Shown in pieces: positions 61,101-64,000 of a stretch of 64,000 nt of DNA. Under the pieces are notes generated by a model. That model did not search any database, had not been told where the DNA came from, and was given only the letters and a program-made list of their open reading frames with translations. Source of the DNA: Marsupella aquatica (lineage: Eukaryota; Plantae; Marchantiophyta); assembly GCA_973895155.1 (NCBI GenBank), contig OZ316893.1, forward strand, positions 1,612,860-1,676,859. Reading direction: 5' to 3'. Position numbers and translations under genes: made by a program. Each line of letters opens with the position of its first letter. Positions within the stretch are counted from its first letter, which is position 1.

Positions 61101-63855
61101 CATCTTCCTGCTTATGAAAATCCCTCACCGAAGGGTTAGAGCTATTGGCAGCCCTTGAAATGCAGTTGTCTTCAGTTCGATGAGTTTTAGCCAAAGCGTT
61201 ATTAAGACTATCATGGCAAAACCGTAAATCATTCTCCTCAAACCAATGTTTCCAATAGCTGGGCACATCGCAACTAACCTCTTGGTCTTTGAAACTTTGT
61301 CCCACACCGATGCTTGTACTTTCTCTTAACAGTGAGTTTTTTGAAGTGGCCCCATATTGATCACAACTCTGCTTTGAACCTTGCAAGAGTGGGGTGCTTG
61401 TTGCAGAATCCTTCGACGCGTGAGAAGAATTTGCCGGGCCACAAAGCTCCCTTCTTAGATCATGACTAAACTTGAGCTCATGTTCAAGATATTCACCAAT
61501 GGCCGATGCCTTCTTGCCATGAGGAAGCTGGAATGTATATGGTAGAGATCCATTGAAAGGAATATCATTTGCGGTTCTTGATAATGGCTCATAACAGATG
61601 TTCAGCATTTTTGTTTCCTCTTGCGTAGAAAGTCTTGAATTCCCACTGCCAAGTATTGTTCTGTTAAATCCAACGTCCAGAAACTACTTTTCGCAGACAA
61701 ACATGACTACTCTCAGAAAACTGAAGATCAAGTGCCGTTGATATCCACCCCAGATATGGGTCCCAGGTTTTGTCTTAGCTTGGAAGGCTGTCATTCTTCT
61801 TTAGCTCATTGACAGGAAATATTCACGATTTGTATTGTGATGCAATAATATCATATTTGATCTAATTCACCCTTGAAGATTTTGTCAACCTCTACAATCC
61901 ATTTGAAAACTTGTATTTATATAATTGTTGGCTATTTTCATCAAGGGGCTTACCTGTTAGCATGATGGCGACCAATTTGGCATTTTGGAATGCCACTTGA
62001 TGACATTTTTCTCTTACTTGTTTTGCTTTCATTTGGGTCCAAGGCATCGTCCTTGATTTTTGAATTGTTTAGCAAACCTGTCTGTCACATCATAGTATAT
62101 GAGAAGGAAATCAATTTTGCCTCTAATATTTCATTTGTTAAAAGTAACCATGATTTTTTCACGGAGAATTTGAAACAGCAGGACCTGAAAGGATACACAC
62201 CACTTTCCGACGAACTCCTGGGAATCTTGCCAACTTTGTCAAGAGATTTATGAAATGATGCTTGGCCATACTGAAACAAATAGGTCCATTCCTCCATGAG
62301 GACCATTGTAAAAAGCATCCCTGCTTCAAGTGCTGTCAACTGCCTGCCGGAAAGGATCCATGCATCATCATTTCTTTGAAATCAGAAATAGGCCTTGCAG
62401 GAGATTCTATCTTCGTCTACTGCACTATGAATAATTGTGAATAGACTCTAAGTATGCACCTAAGAAGAAACTCACAGTTTGATCCGCTTGATCAATCAGA
62501 AATACAGTTGTGGAATCATGTAAAGCAGACGTCAGTCTTGATCTATTTTTTTGGTCTATAACATTAGTGTTCCATGGATTTTTGACCTTGTAACTTAGGA
62601 CCAACAAGAAAATTTAAACGCTTTCAACTGAGTCTACAGAATTTGAATCTTGTTAAATTTTCCCAGGCAAGACACCAGTTGTGGATCCTTTGTTTGAAAA
62701 CGTTTCTTTTGGATCCTGTGTTTGAAACCGCTGAATCAATGTACCTGTGCACAATTTCTTTGCTGTTTCTTTTCTTCAATAGCAGTCTTCCAAAGCTCAT
62801 GATGATTTTCTTGGTTACATTTGAGTTGTTTTTTAGAGCAGTACAACGCAAAAGTAGAGCCAAATCTCTGAGTGTTGCATGGTTTGTTGACGGTAACTCC
62901 CCCAACAGCAGTCGAAAAATATATATTTGTGAGTACCTGCTCGATATTGCTACAATCGAACAAATAGTTTAGGGTTGACATTAAAAACATGGAATTTGAC
63001 AGAAATAGAGGTTTGAGATTCTTAACATTAAAGCTGAGTACAACGCACAAAATGTATTGCCCTGTACTCAACGAGGTTGAGTGCTGCTGAGTACGGTCTA
63101 GTAAGTTTACACGAATCCGATTGACGTAGACCATTTAATTAGAGATTGCATCTGAACCAGGTGCATGAATTACTATTTTTTAGATGCGTAAGTCTTCAAC
63201 CCTTAACATTCAATAAGCCATGCATACCTGCAGCTGCCACAAAGCGGTCATGAAGTTCATTTGTCAAGAGCGAACCATTCAATTCTCTGAGGTGCAGTAA
63301 TAACCCTGCTCCTAGAACATGGAGATCCATTTCCCTCCAATGGCCTTGGGCCTCACCTGCATGCAGTGAAGGAGATCGCCCAGAACTCTTAAACATTTAG
63401 CCATACGTACACTCTTCTAAACTATCCATACCAGAAGATTGTCACTCCCATCGAACCAAAATCGAGAACAAAAATTCGATAAGAAAACGTTTGGTGGTGC
63501 TCACGTGCGAAATTTGTTGTTGATATTGACATACTGAGAGTGAGGAAGCTCCAACATCATGTTATTTTGAGCTTTATATGTTATATGTTGTCTGAGTTCT
63601 AGATCTTCAGAAATTATATTAAAGGGATTCAAAATTGGATTAGAAATTGAACTCAACTGAAGTTGCAATATATTAAAGATATCTACAAAATGAGTTATGA
63701 TGAGATCTGTTGACAGTCGCGATGGTTCTAGTTCCCTGAGTGCATTTCCAAAAGGCTAGCAAATCATTTACCTTTACCAGTAGAAATTGACTTCCAAGCT
63801 GCCTCAGCCAACTCATTTGGAACTGGAATGGTAAACAAACCCTCCAAAGTTGAGG
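55102..63855 (-). CDS. Class III-type formin (RhoGAP-like domain, long linker, FH1, FH2); 5' end lies beyond the window
   Basis: RhoGAP-like exons 63855-63772 (LEGLFTIP), 63356-63228 (DLHVLGAGLLLHLRELNGSLLTNELHDRF) and 62949-62745 (ELPSTNHATLRDL). Exons at 61.7-62.7 kb are unresolved. A large exon at about 61660-58582 holds the polyproline FH1 and FH2 start (KMKQLVWDKI, TIW, ELEALF). FH2 exons 57972-57722 (VLDLKRAHNIGIQL), 56967-56877, 56541-56299 (LVAGNHLNG...AQGFKLGALLKLMDVKS..KTTLLHFVV) and 55908-55102 (LAIYFGE). Confidence 0.9.
58858..59027 (-). repeat. Coding tandem repeat in FH1 (3 x M(P/S)LTPSSTKTPPPPP)
   Basis: GGTGGAGTCTTAGTTGAACTGGGAGT.AGA..CATT recurs with a 54-60 bp period. Confidence 0.9.
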
Positions 63856-64000
63856 CTGTCATGAACATAACAGAGTTCCCTTAAGAACCACCTCAAAGAA
63901 CAATCGCAAAAGTTAAGTCACTAAGAACGTCTCCAAAGCCTGTGATGAATGTCCCCAAGTGACAAAGCTCAAAAGCATTCTATATATAAAGACAGCTTGA

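Overview
Eukaryotic land-plant nuclear DNA with GT-AG introns. A RhoGAP-type class III formin suggests a non-seed plant, probably a bryophyte (inference). I can support five host genes. These are a 10-exon mitochondrial TAM41 (+), two convergent PMT/DUF248 SAM-dependent methyltransferases from different subclades (+ and -), an intronless SURNod19-family membrane protein (-), and a 5'-truncated RhoGAP-FH1-FH2 formin (-). There is also an apparently intact 4-exon Mutator (MULE) transposase (-). Intergenic DNA is dense in small non-autonomous elements: a TA-flanked Tc1/mariner-like element carrying a 78-bp array, a Helitron carrying a ~33-bp array, twin MULE-MITEs with 10-bp TSDs, a Tourist MITE, a TTAA-flanked TIR element with an adjacent empty site, and LTR/SINE-like remnants. 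The most notable observations are a tandemly duplicated formin intron that creates an internal AG|GT (recursive-splice-like) junction, a TIR-less MULE with an upstream ORF and tandem array, and copper-monooxygenase-like ligands in SURNod19. No rRNA, intact tRNA or CRISPR was seen. All exon models were read by eye and are not validated by transcript data.
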